A DNA stretch of 64,000 nt from the human T2T-CHM13v2.0 reference genome, Homo sapiens: assembly GCF_009914755.1 (NCBI RefSeq), contig NC_060927.1; one strand, written 5' to 3'. Position numbers and translations under genes: made by a program. Positions 33,970 through 47,465 of this stretch are shown here, piece by piece; positions within the stretch are counted from its first letter, which is position 1; each line of letters opens with the position of its first letter. Below the pieces are notes generated by a model. The model was given only the letters and a program-made list of their open reading frames with translations. It searched no databases and was not told where the DNA came from.

Positions 33970-36225
33970 GTCCACTCTTTCATTTTTTATTCCATGGCAT
34001 CCACTCTTATTTGAGACTCTCATTACTGCTGTTGTAGACTATTTCAATAGCCTTCTAAACAGTTTCCAATCTCTCTCCAATCTAATCTATTTTATCTGCC
34101 ACTGCCAAGATTAATCGCCTTAAAAACTTACTCTGAGATCATTCCAGTTCCTGTTCAAAGCCGGCCTTCAGTCACCTGTGCCCCATCCGCTGCTCAGCAG
34201 GGCATTGAGACCAGGCTTCACTCTGGTTGATTCCATATACACAACTCCTGCCCAGCCAAACTAAATACTCACTCTGTGTCTCACCTCTCCCCAGCTCTCT
34301 GCCTTTGTGAAGTCTCTTCCACAGGAAAAATCTCCTGCACTGAACCTCAGCTTTAATATCCCCAATTTCATCAAGGCATCATGACTACACCAACCAGAAG
34401 TAATCGTTCCTTCTTAAATTCCTGATACCTTGTGCCTTTCTTTATGGCACATATATCTTTTTATCTCATATTATTGTTATTTATGTGTCTAATATTCCCT
34501 GCCAGAATTTAAACCCTCCAAGATTGATTCTTACACATGTTTCCTATAGTGTCCAGCACTGTGCTTTCTGCTTAGGACCTACTGAATGAAGAAATGAATA
34601 AAATGAGATGCTCAATATTTATTACATTTATTTTTTATTTCAATTTGATATCCATTGCTTTTGTTGGTAAATTCCATTAACATAAAACACAGTAAAGGCT
34701 CATACAATAAACATGGATTATAGAAAGTGCTGAGAATCATTTTCTTCTCAGGCTCTATTTAAAATGCTCATCTACTTGCAGCGAGGATCCTGTTATAGAG
34801 AAGGTCTATTTTTGTAATGGAAATGGATGACTGTCAGCATTTGGATTAATAGATAATCCTCTTGGAAGGTGTAAGGGGAAGGAGAAAGAGAGTACTAAAT
34901 CCTTCAGCATCAAGTACAAGCTTTAATAAAGGAGCCAATAAAATAAAGGAATTAAGAAGACACACCAAAAGCCATATTCAGGTCAGACTCAAGTGCTGTT
35001 GATTTATGCTGGACCTACTCTTACCCTCTGCCCTTGTTTGTTCTCTTTCTTCTTGCGCCTGTAAACTACAAGGCTCTATTTCTCTCATTGCCATAATTCC
35101 AATTCTTCTACTTTCTTGCCTGGATTATTGCAACAGCTAACAAAGTTCATCTTCCTGCCCCCAGCTGTTTGCTTATCTGATTCACCCTGCACAGCAGCTG
35201 CCACAGCTATCTTCTAAAATCAAAGCATTGTGTCCCATTACTTCTGGACAAATCCAGGCTCTCTAGCATCATCGTCAAAGCTCTTAAAATTATGTCCTCT
35301 CCTACTCCCCAACCTCCTCATAGCTCAGGCTCCAGCTGGACCTTCAAGAGATCCCCACTGGGGATGTAAAGTTTCTCTCACTTTACAAATGGAATCTTCT
35401 GCTTGGAATGTCCATCTTGCCTTCTCTGACTTTTCACTCTTACTAATTGTTTAAGAGCAAGTTGAAAGGTCGACACATCAGAGACGTTTGACCTGACATT
35501 CCTCTTCCTTCCTAAATGGTTTACTTTTCCTTATGTGGAATCTGGTAGCACTTTGCACACACCTCTGTTAGCACGTTTCATTTTCTCCTAGACTATTTGT
35601 TTACATACTTGTCTCTGAGCTCAGAGCTATTCAAAAGCATAGACATCTTTCTGTCCCCAGAACACAGAAGAGAATTTGTGGTGGGGGACAGGGTAGATAC
35701 CGAGTGGGTGAGTGTTGTGAGTAAATTTCACTGTACCCCACCTGGCTACAAGCATGGGGACTTCTCTCATACTTCCTGCCCTCCCCACTGCAGCCACACA
35801 GCCCCTTCTTTGGGTCCTTAAGCATGCCCAGTTTGTATCTGCCTCTGCACTAGCTTTTCCTTCCATCTGAAATACTCTCCCTTTATTTCTTCCAGTGGCT
35901 GGCTCCTTTGTATTCCTTCATTCTCAGCTAAGATTTGCCCTCTGAGACCCACCTTTCTGAATAACCCGTGTCAAATAGCTCCTCTTCGCTGCCCCAGTCA
36001 CTAACCAACATATCACCTTATCTTGTTAGCTTAGTTATACTTACTATACCCTGAAATTGTAGTCATTTATTGATTCACTTTTTTATTGTTCTTTTATTTG
36101 ATGTCTGCTTTCCTCTCATTAGGAAGGAACTATTTAGTTCATCATAGTATACCTGGTGCATCTGGCTCATAGTAGGTGCTCAGCACATGAATGAATGAAT
36201 GAATGAACCAATAAATGAATGTTTG
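33970..36225 (+). mobile_element. Cluster of degraded L2 fragments
   Basis: Pyrimidine-rich L2-like blocks with L2 3' ends (tagtaggtgctcagc...tgaatgaatgaatgaa at 36170-36205; actgaatgaagaaatgaat near 34581); boundaries approximate. Confidence 0.55.
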
Positions 36226-37204
36226 CTGGTTTTGTAAAAAATCTATCCAGAAAAGCAAACAAAGAAACATTATTCCTATCGTAAGAGAACTCAAATTCTA
36301 GGAACTTTTATAAATTTCATGGGTGGGGCTGAAGCTAAAAATATTTTGGCAACTAAAGCACAGAGACACTTTTGGTATGCTAGGGTTCTGTTATAATACT
36401 CTCGTCATTTTGTTATTTTAAGCATGCCGTTCATGACGCAGAAATCTATTTAAATTGGCTGAATTTAGGAACAGTGCCACAGAGGAAGTAGTGGCCTACA
36501 CTTGCATGATGGCTATCCTGCAAGCATGATGTTAATCTCAGATACTTAGAGCCTTTGGTGCCCTGCACAATACCGCATATGTAGTGGGTACTGAAGAAAT
36601 ATTTACTAAGTGACTGAATGAATGCCTTTGTAGTCTTGCCCTGCTTTTTTCAGAAGAGCTTGAATTATTGCCCAGTTCTTCTCTGGGGGAACCTAGGGTT
36701 TACTGGCCCTGTTCCCATCTCATCCATTGTAAAAATCCTGGCCTCATGCTGCCTGGAGGAAAGTAGGACCAGTCATTTGGCAGCACTGTCTGCTGTGGCC
36801 AGAAGGAAAAGGCTGCTTGGTGCCAGCAGATTTAAAAACAAAAAACTATTTGCCTTTGCTTGATTGTTTGAGAGAATAGCTAACTTTTCTCTAACCAACA
36901 AGACAAGCTCATCAGTGTAAGTCTCCTTCATACCCCTTTGCATTCTGATTCAATTTATCAAATATCTGAGTGCATACCTGGTACCCGGCAGTGTGCAAGG
37001 TGTTGTGCATAAGATAAGTAGAACAGGCAAAGTCCAGGCCTTGAAGAGTGTATGGCCTAGCAGGAAAGATGGTCTTGATTGTCTACTGCATGACATCGCC
37101 TGTTTCTCTGCATGACCTGATCTACTTCTAAGATTTTGTGGCTGCAGACACATGCTTGCTTAGACCACTTTCTGGTTATATTTTATTTTAATGAGACTGC
37201 TTGA

Positions 37205-37585
<381 letters not shown>

Positions 37586-37949
37586 TTCTTATTTGTCCAT
37601 TTTCTTCTACTTATGTATCCAATGGGATGGTGTTTTTCTGAAGGCTGATTGTCTTAAGGTCTCATTTACAGGTGTAGACATTTGCTATCCCTCATGTAGC
37701 AGTTAATCATGATATGGGAATCCAAACGTTGCATTCAATCTTTGCTGTCTTTGAAATAAATGCAATAGCACTAGTCTGCTGGATCCCATTCTCCTTAACT
37801 CTTTTACTCAATCAGATTTTGAAGTCTTTTAGCACGTATGTGGCCTTTGCACTTTTTCCCTCTCTGCTGCTGTTGTCAATTTTCTTGGAACGTCTACTTT
37901 AGATTATTGTCTTATGTTTTATTTATTACAAGAATAAACTTAAAAAGAA

Positions 37950-38242
37950 TTTGTTTTTGAGACAGGGTCTCACCCTGTGTCCAGGCTGGAGTGCAGTGGT
38001 GCGATCTTGGCTCACTGCAACCTCAACCTTCTTGAGCTCAGGTGATCCTCCCACCTCAGCCTCCTGAGTAGCTGGGACTACCACGCCCAGCTAGTTTTTG
38101 TAATTTTTTGTACAGATGGGGTTTTGCCATGTTGCCCAAGCTGGTATCCGACTCCTGGGCTCAAGCGATCAGCCCCAAGTGATCAGCCTGCCTCAGCCTC
38201 CCGTAGTGCTGGGACTACAGGCATGAGCCACAATGCCCGGCC
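37950..38242 (-). mobile_element. AluJ, antisense, with small internal deletion and duplication
   Basis: 18-bp TSD tattacaagaataaactt at 37924-37941 and 38243-38260; internal caagcgatcagcc/caagtgatcagcc duplication. Confidence 0.88.
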
Positions 38243-39381
38243 TATTACAAGAATAAACTTTATAACCATAATTATGAACAGAGTTGTGGTCATAGTGCAC
38301 ATCAGATGACACTGAAAGACTTTATATACCCAAAGTCTTATAATATGAAATAGTTAACCACTTTCGTTCAACAATTACTGAAATCCTGTCTATGACAGTA
38401 TACTGGGTTAAAGACTGGAAAATTGAACATTACCAGGAAACTCCCTCTACTAGGGTTAGCTCATTCTTTAGACCCTGCTATATGCCAGAAGACAAGGTTA
38501 CTAAGAAAAATGACACAATCCTTGCCTTAAGGAAGTAGACTGTCCAGGAAGAGGGAAGCATCAGTGCAAATATGACATATTAGAAAGGCTTCAATAGAAT
38601 TAGTTTCTGGGTTCAATAGGAGAGTGATCAGATCTACTTTAGTGATTTAGGAATTAGAGGAGAGCAGAAAAAGCCTCACAGAGCTAGATGCTGAGCTTCT
38701 AAACTAGATTAGGTGTCTTACTATACAACAAAAGTTGAGGGAGCTTCTAGGGAAACAAAGATACAGAAATGACAAAGCGTGCTATGTTGAGGCTGTTTCA
38801 GTTCATATAATTTGAAGCACAGCATATGGGGCAAAGAATGCTAATGGAAGGAAGCAAAGGCAGCCTGATGGAGGTCCTTATAGTTTATACTGAGCAGGTA
38901 TGGAGGTTTGCAATATACTGAAGGTGAGGTGAGAGGGAGAGCAAGCAGGAGAGGGGATAAAATGTTTTAAGTGGAGTAGTGGCATAATTTGATTTGTATT
39001 TTGATAAGATCATCCCGGAGGAAGCTTTAAGGTGAACTGGAGGCAGTCAGGAGAGCATTTCTCTACTGCTGAGTCATGACACACTGTAACATCCATTGAA
39101 ATTCATTCAAAAAGATGATTTGTATATGTTGCTAAGTTTAATTTTCTGATTTCTAAGGAATTTTATCTTCATGCTAATAGGTGAGCTTGGTCTATGATTT
39201 TCTTTCTTATATTGTTGGGTTTTTTTCATTTTTTACAGCAAAGTAAAATATCCACAGATGAGTTTGATAGCTTTTATTCTCTTTCTAATGTCTAGAACGG
39301 TTTTACAACAGGCAATCCTATCTGTTCCTTGAAGATTTGGTTAAAATCACCTAGAAAACCATCTAGGCTTGGAGTCTTTAA

Positions 39382-39795
<414 letters not shown>

Positions 39796-39895
39796 AAATT
39801 TTATAATTTACACATTTCTATAAAAGAGTCTAGCTCATGGTAAATCTCTTCATTTTCAAAATTATTCGCATAAAAAAGAACAAATACTTTTTTAG

Positions 39896-40312
<417 letters not shown>

Positions 40313-41034
40313 TAGTAAATAACTTATAATCTCATAAAGTTAATTAACATTTACTGCAGAAAATTATACATAGTATTTTTTGTGATAAAAAATTATTTTC
40401 CATATTCTTGGGTATGTTCTTTTTTTGCTCTTAATATTGTTTATTTGGACAATCTCTTCTTTTTTTTAATGAATTTTGTTTAAAAGTTTGTCCAGTTCAT
40501 TATCTTTTAAATAACTAGCTCTCTGAGAATAACCCTTAGCATCTTTGTTTTCTTTCTCTTTCTGCCGTAAGTACCTTGCAATATCCCTGCCACAACTACC
40601 ACCACCATCATTTTGGTGGGGCAAGTGCGAACAGGCAATAAAGTAGGTGACTAGAGGATATTACAACATTTGGGACACAGGCTAGTAATAAAGGGATGAT
40701 TTTTCTTGTTTCAAAGTGCCTACTGCAGCCAGCTGGTCAAGCCTCATAGCTATTGGAGGCAATTTCCTATGTGCAAATTGATGTAGTTGGAATATTATGT
40801 GGTGTCTTTGAGGAGAACCCCTTTTAGAATTCTTCAGAAGGGCTTAGCTGACAATGTGGATACTCATTACCCTGTAGGAACTGGGTTCTAGCACCTTTGT
40901 ATTCAAGGTCATGATATTGGCTCTTGATGCTTAACTCACAGACTGATGAAAATGGGCAGCAGAATCTGAAAATAATACAGCATCAAATAGCTGCTAGTTA
41001 ATATATTTTACTGTCTTAAAATTTATTTTTTAAA

Positions 41035-41209
41035 TGTTTTCTTTTTTATTATTACTATTTTAAAATTAAAATTAGTATTATTTTATTTTACATAGAGATG
41101 AAGTCTCACTATATTGTCTAAGCTGGTCTTGAGTTTCTGGGCTCAAGTGATCCTCCTGCCTCAGCTTCCCTGAGTGCTGGGATAATAGGCATGAGCCACT
41201 GCGCCCAGC
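41035..41209 (-). mobile_element. Alu monomer (FLAM/AluJ left arm), antisense
   Basis: Single arm ending gcgcccagc; TSD tactgtctt(a/g)aaattta. Confidence 0.8.
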
Positions 41210-42082
41210 TACTGTCTTGAAATTTATGTGCTGATTTTACCAACTAAATATATTCGGTTACTTAACACAATTTAAATTTTTCTTAAAAAAAACACTACTC
41301 TTTTGGATTTGAGGGAGCTAATTATACTTTATTACTAAATGTGAAAACTTGATTGCTTTTTTATTTTTCTTCTAGTCAACAAATACATTCTAGAAGAAAA
41401 CATCATAATATGTGAAATGGACTATTTAATAATGCACTACTTATATCTTAATACCAAATAAGATCTGAGGAAGTAATATTCCCATTAAAAGTATATTCAG
41501 AGATGCCATTGTTAGTTGTCTTGGGGCTTATTCAAAGTAATCAGGTCCTCTGTAACAGATGTACCAAAATGTTGAAAATCCTTCCTTATATGTACAAGAT
41601 AATTATATGCTTTTCAAAGCTTGAAGGAAAATGTATTTTGTGGGTAGAACTTGATACTTACAAAGTCTAACTAAGCAACCTAATGGGAAATCAATTGTGC
41701 TTTTAATGATGCTGGACATCAGCAACAAAGTTATTTATCTGAAATCTGAATTAGATCTCCTGGAATTGAAAGAGGGGTTATAAATTTGAGTAATTCTTTT
41801 TCTTACTCTCCTGTGCTCTTTCGAAAAATGTATTTGAGGCATCTTTTGTTTGTTTTGTTTCTTTCTTAGGGAAAAGTTGAAACCCCAAGATTGAATGCCA
41901 TTTTATGGTTTGCTAGGGCTGCTGTAACAAGTAACAGGCTGAGTGGCTTAAAAAACAGAAATTTATTTTCTCACAGCTCTAGAGGCTGTAAGTCTGAAAT
42001 AAAAGTGTCAGCAAGTTGGTTTCTTCTGAGGCCTCCCTTCTTGGTGTGTAGATGGCCGTCTGTCCCCTCTATCTTCACGTGG

Positions 42083-44043
42083 TATATTAGTCATATTTAC
42101 ATGATGGCAGTGGTGGCCTGTCTGGAGTGGCCGCTCCCATGACCCCGGCTACAGCAAGGGAGGGAGGAGCAGCCAGGGCTTCATGCTCCATGGAGCCAGC
42201 AGGAGCTGGGAAGAAGTGGAAGCCTGCCCCCTTCTGAGTTGGAGAGGCGGGAGCCCAGCCAACCTGGGCACAGCTGCTGTGGACCTGGGCATCTCTGCAC
42301 TCTCCAGGCCCAGGAAGCCCCTGCCCACTGCAGGCTCAGAAGTGCCTGCTCCTACTGCCTGGCCTCTCCCTGATCCCGGAGACCACTCTGATTTCTGAGC
42401 AAAGTTGTGGCCCAGTCCAGGTGCTGTCATGAGCTGGCCGGGTGTGCACATGCCTGGGGCAGTGCTGACACATCAACCCCCTGCCGACTGGGCCCCCTCC
42501 AGACTTTGGGCACTGATGAGCATGGGAGGGAGGCCAAGAGGGGGCTAAAGGCAGCTCAGTGCAGGCCTGCAGGCGCCGCTCAGCACGGACAGCCTGGATG
42601 CCATGGGTACTGTGGAGGGCAGGCCAATGGTGGCAGGAGGCAGACAGGCTCCTGGGTGGAAAGGGGAGGGTCCCCAGTGAAACCCCACCTTCAGGCCAGG
42701 GATGACCTGAGGCCTGGGGTCCAGGCTGCCAGTTCTGTGGACCAGAATGAGAACTTACGGTGCTTTTTCCGCGCCACCTGTGGCCACCCATGGATCAATC
42801 AGCACATACTTCCTCCCCTCTGAAGCCTATAAAAACCCCCAAACTCAGTCAGACTTGAGCAGATGACAGGATGACCTGCCTGCAGAGAGGAGCTACCCAC
42901 TGTGGGTCTCCTCTCTGCTAAGAGTTGGACACTCGTTGGGACAACCCGCCTGCAGAGAGGAGCTACCCACTGCAGTTCTCTGAGCTGTTCTGTCACTCTA
43001 TAAAGCACCTCTTTGCCTTGCTCACCCTCCACTTGTCTACATGCCTCATTCTTCCTGGATGTGAGACAAGAACCTGGGACCCACCAAATGGCAGGACTGA
43101 AAGAGCTGTAACACAAATAGGGCTGAAACATGCCCCTTGCTCGCCGTGTTGTAGGCAGCAAGAAGGAGAGAAGAGAGAAGAGAAGTGCCGTGGCCCTTCA
43201 GGGAGCCCAGACCTAGTAGCTCCCGAGCCAGGGCTGTGACACCCGCTTTGAAGCTCTGCGGTTCCCGGTGTCTCCAAGCTTCCAAACGCCACCACATTTC
43301 CTGGTGCCAGCAGTGGAAGCTGCTTGTGGTACTTCTGGTCCAGCTGCAGCCTAGCAGTGAGCCAGCATCCATGCCAGTGCCTGGAGCTGCCTGCCCCACA
43401 GTAGCCAGAGTGCCTGACTGTGTGCAGCAGACAGACCCCATGCTCGCTCACTCACATGCCTCTCACCACTCCACACCTGGCTCGCCCTTGGCAAGTGTGG
43501 GATCCGGGCTGGTAGCACAAGCCAAGTGCAGCCTGCCAGGCCGAGTGGGCACAATGAACCCAGCAGGCCTAGGCAAAACTCAGGCAAAGGCACCACTGGC
43601 AACAGAGGTTTCCAGCTGATGAAGCGACACCCCAAGGATCCTGTAACATATGTATGTGTAAATATACAAACATATATACATACATAATTAGTCATTATAT
43701 ACATATTTCTGAAGAGAGAAAAATTTTAAGGAATTGGCTCATCATTATGGAGGCTTTGGATGCTCAAAATCTTCAGGTAGAGACCTGGAAAAAAATTGCA
43801 ACCCAAAGGCAGCCTGCTGGCAGAATTCCTCCTTGCTTGGGAAGGGCCAGTCTTTGTTTTATTAAAGCCCTCAGCTGATTGGATGAGGCCTACCCACATT
43901 GTGAAGGTAATCTGCTTTACTCAAAGTCTACCAATGTCAATCTCGTCTAAAAGCACTGTTATAGAAACATCCAGACAGTTTGACTAAATATCTGAGCACC
44001 ATGGCTCAGCCACGCTGACACGTAGAGTTAATTAACCATTACA
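42083..44043 (-). mobile_element. MLT2-type ERVL solo LTR (own sequence 42083-42101 and 43649-44043)
   Basis: tatattagtc start; taaggaattggctca...ctgattggatgaggcctacccacatt...ctgctttactcaaagtctac...ttaaccattaca end; degenerate TSD cgtgg/caggg. Confidence 0.75.
42102..43648 (+). mobile_element. MER52-type ERV1 solo LTR (GC-rich, about 1.55 kb)
   Basis: Starts TGATGGCAGTGGTGGCCTGTCTGGAGTGGCCGC, ends GGATCCTGTAACA; TATAAAA at 42828; internal 25-bp direct repeat gcctgcagagaggagctacccactg (42878-42902, 42948-42972). Confidence 0.82.
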
Positions 44044-44851
44044 CAGGGCCTTCCCTCTGTACCTGTCTGTGTCCAAATTTCCTCTCCTTATAAGAACGCT
44101 AGTCATATTGGATTAGGACCCACCCTAATGACCTCATTTAAATTTAAAATTCTGTCTCCAAATATAGTCAATCTCTGAAGTACTGGGGGTTATGACTTTA
44201 ACATATAAATTTGTGTAAAACATAATATAGCCTATAACAGCCATTACCTTAAAACAGGCATAAATAGGAAGGGAAAAACAGTCCTCCTAATGCTAAAAAT
44301 GTGTTATTTCCTCTTATCTTAGGATAAAACGTGTTTGTGAATCCTCAGATAAACCAATTAATTGTAATGGAAAGTAACTTTTTCATAAATTTACATTATG
44401 AATCTAGAAGTCAATTTCATTTTTCTTTGCCAAGGGTATTTACATTATCATAGTAATTAAATATTAGGTTAAAAAAGGAAAAAATTTTTTATTCTGGCTG
44501 TTTCTGAATTTTTACTTGTTTTCATTTCATACTTTTATATTTAAAATTAAAGAGCAATGTGTGAGATATTTTAGTCTTGACTTATGAAATAATTTGAAGT
44601 CACTAGTAAAAAAAGTTTCCACTTTTTCTGAAAATATAAGACATACATATGGGAAAACCACCAATAAAAACAGAAAAGAAAATTAGCAAAAGAATATAAA
44701 ATGAGGGCAAATTAAAAACCACATCTTCAATGGTTATCTCATTAATGAAATCTTTTAACATTATCTCCTAGGTTTTCTTCAGTATCCCAGTCTCTTAGAT
44801 CTCTAAAATCCATTTAACAAAAGGGCAAAATATTTTCCTATCTCTGAATGA

Positions 44852-44980
<129 letters not shown>

Positions 44981-45354
44981 TAGAATCTTCTCCCCTCTTC
45001 TAGATTTGTATTTTTAGAGCAATCTTGAGTGGGGAGTGGGGTCATTTTCAAAATGAAGCCAAAAAAGTCACTCTGCTCTAACTTAGAAGTCAAGCAAATG
45101 CTGAACCAGCCGGAATTTTCTAAATAGAATGTGAAGTGTGAACTCACTCCAGTGCCCCTTTACAGATAACTCTCATCTTCATTTTCTCTCTAATGAGAGA
45201 CAGGAGGACATTGGCAGTTCTGCGAAAATAGATTTTTTCTGCTGTGCTGCCTGTTTAAATATTTTAAATATTTTCCTGCTACCCATTTAAACATTTTTCT
45301 TCCTACCAAATTATTTGCTGAAGTTGATTCTTAATTTTGTCAGCAAAAAGTTCT

Positions 45355-45650
45355 TATTTTTTATTTTCATGGTTACATGGCAAATGTATATATTTATGGA
45401 GAATATGGGATATTTTTGATACAGGTATGTAATGCATAATAATGACATCAGGGTAAATGGGGTATTCATCACCTGAAGCATTTATCATTTCTTTTTATTA
45501 CAAACATTTCAATCATACTTTTCCAGTTATTTTTAAATGTACAACAAATTGTTGACTTATAATCACTTTGATGTGCTATCAAATACTAGATCTTCATTCT
45601 ATTTAACTGTATTTTCGTACCCACTAACTATCCCAACATACCCCACCTCT
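45355..45650 (-). mobile_element. L1MA-type 3'-end fragment, intron 7
   Basis: tgtatatatttatgg...gatacaggtatgtaatgcataataatgacatcagggtaaatggggtattcatcacc...tgtgctatcaaatactagatc. Confidence 0.8.
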
Positions 45651-46369
45651 ATCACTTTCATGATAGGATAGTATTTTCCGAAGTAAATAAGAGCATAGTA
45701 GCCTCAGGCATCAAGACAGCTTGAAATCTTACATGTAATCTGGACTTTCTTTTGACAATTAACTATACTGCAGCAAGTATATATCATCTTATAATGAGGA
45801 TCTCAGGGGAATTTAGTAGCCCAGTCATAGGATACCTCGTTGTATCTCTCACTGTTATATTTTCCCTTTAATCACTGCCATCTTGACCACTTACTAGAAA
45901 CCTGGTGACTTCCTATGTAAAAATACCCGCTTCAGACAAAAGAAATAATGATTTGAAAATATAGAGAAACTCTCTTCAGTTTTTGTTTGGGGATTTTTTT
46001 CTTTATTCTCCCCCTTCCTTTTACTCAAAAGTCATTTTAGTAAAGACACACATATTTATGTGAGGCTGAGAATAAACATTTCATAACAAGAAGAATAAAT
46101 TGTCCTATTATTTTTAATGGAGTAGAAGGAAGAAATTGTTTGTTTGTTTTGTTTGTGGTGTGTGTTTGTTTTGTTTCGTTTTGCTTTTTAAAAAGATCAA
46201 GTAGAAATGTTAACACCTTTATAATTTTTCTCCAGTTAAGTCTTTAAAATCTTGTTTCCTGTAAATTGTTGTCTTTGCATTAGGTGGATAGGCATAGATG
46301 GTTTTGAGGAATTACTCATTAGTCTCTGCACATCCACAGACATATAATTACTTTTTATCTGCACTGTAG

Positions 46370-46459
46370 GAATGATTGCAATTAGTAGGATGGCTGTGCT
46401 GTATCCTCAAGTTATTGTCGACCATCCATTTTTCTTTCTTATCAGAAACAGGAGAACTG
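46370..46459 (+). CDS. SERPINI1: Neuroserpin exon 8 (reactive centre P1 Arg362-P1' Met363)
   Basis: Acceptor gcactgtAG; encodes [30 protein letters not shown] (serpin signature DHPFFFLI); AGG for Arg362 at 46387-46389; donor gtaagt at 46460; 90 nt. Confidence 0.98.
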
Positions 46460-46654
46460 GTAAGTTTATTATGAAAACAAAATTTTATTTAATAGGTCAC
46501 AAAGAACCTCTTTTTTAAATGGAGATTTTTTTCCTCAGTACTCATCATATAATTTCTTTTCACAATTTTATTTATTTATTCTCTTTCCAGAGATTGACCA
46601 ACTGAATTATCAGATAGTTTATAATGTTGAAATGATTTTTTTTAATGAAAATAA

Positions 46655-46944
46655 GGCTGGTGAGGTGGCTCAGACTTTAATCTCAGCACTTCAGGAGTTC
46701 CAGGCAGGGAGGATCACTTGAGGCCAGGAATTCAAGACCAGCCTGGGTAACATAGTGAGACCCCATTTCTACATAAATAAAATTTTTAAAAAATTAGCCA
46801 GGCATGGTGGCACATGCCTGTTATCCTAGCTACTAGAGGTGTTGGGGGTGGAAGGAATGCTTGAGCTCAGGAGTTCACAGTTACAGTAAGCTCTGATAGA
46901 GCCACTGCACTCCAGCCTGGGCATCAGAGCAAGAGCCTTTCTCT
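46655..46944 (+). mobile_element. AluJ, intron 8
   Basis: Diverged dimer; TSD gaaaataa at 46647-46654 and 47047-47054 encloses the purine repeat as its tail. Confidence 0.87.
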
Positions 46945-47051
46945 AGAAGGAAAGAAGAAAGGAAAGGAAAGGGAAAGGGAAAAGGAAGGAAGAGAGAGAG
47001 GAAGGAAGGAAGGACAGGAGGAAGGAAGGAAGGAAGGAAGGAAGGAGAAAA
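46945..47051 (+). repeat. Polypurine (GGAA/GAAA)n tract
   Basis: 107 nt of A/G with a single C at 47015. Confidence 0.92.
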
Positions 47052-47143
47052 TAACATATTTTCATTAATTGTAAGCAAGAAGGAAGATAAATATTTTATT
47101 ATTTTGTTCACCCCCTCTTTTGTTTACTTCTGAACCAATACAG

Positions 47144-47220
47144 GTACAATTCTATTCATGGGACGAGTCATGCATCCTGAAACAATGAACACAAGTGGAC
47201 ATGATTTCGAAGAACTTTAA
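47144..47220 (+). CDS. SERPINI1: Neuroserpin last exon, coding part
   Basis: Acceptor ccaatacAG; encodes GTILFMGRVMHPETMNTSGHDFEEL with TAA at 47218-47220; total CDS 250+231+195+205+98+87+90+77 = 1233 nt. Confidence 0.98.
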
Positions 47221-47465
47221 GTTACTTTATTTGAATAACAAGGAAAACAGTAACTAAGCACATTATGTTTGCAACTGGTATATATTTAGGATTTGTGTTT
47301 TACAGTATATCTTAAGATAATATTTAAAATAGTTCCAGATAAAAACAATATATGTAAATTATAAGTAACTTGTCAAGGAATGTTATCAGTATTAAGCTAA
47401 TGGTCCTGTTATGTCATTGTGTTTGTGTGCTGTTGTTTAAAATAAAAGTACCTATTGAACATGTG
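47221..47465 (+). other. SERPINI1: SERPINI1 3'UTR (AU-rich; end approximate)
   Basis: Follows the stop; ATTTA at 47284 and 47322; AATAAA at 47441; cleavage inferred about 20 nt downstream, before the T-rich tract at 47474-47488. Confidence 0.75.
47441..47446 (+). terminator. SERPINI1: Polyadenylation signal AATAAA of SERPINI1
   Basis: First canonical AATAAA after the stop, with upstream TG-rich and downstream T-rich sequence. Confidence 0.8.

Larger units (their letters stand above)
41902..44239 (-). mobile_element. MLT1-type MaLR solo LTR, split by nested insertions (own sequence 41902-42082 and 44044-44239)
   Basis: gctagggctgctgtaacaag...cagaaatttattttctcacag, resuming at ccttccctctgt...ggattaggacccaccctaatgacctcattt...cctataaca; perfect TSD GCCAT at 41897-41901 and 44240-44244. 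Confidence 0.8.

Noticed and set aside
42878-42972. 25-bp direct repeat with spacer, superficially CRISPR-like
   Set aside because: Only two copies, inside a primate LTR; no array or cas genes, and the DNA is eukaryotic.
42149-43704. Many overlapping 100-150 aa ORFs and an apparent GC island
   Set aside because: All lie inside the GC-rich MER52 LTR, where stop codons are scarce; no recognisable protein motifs.
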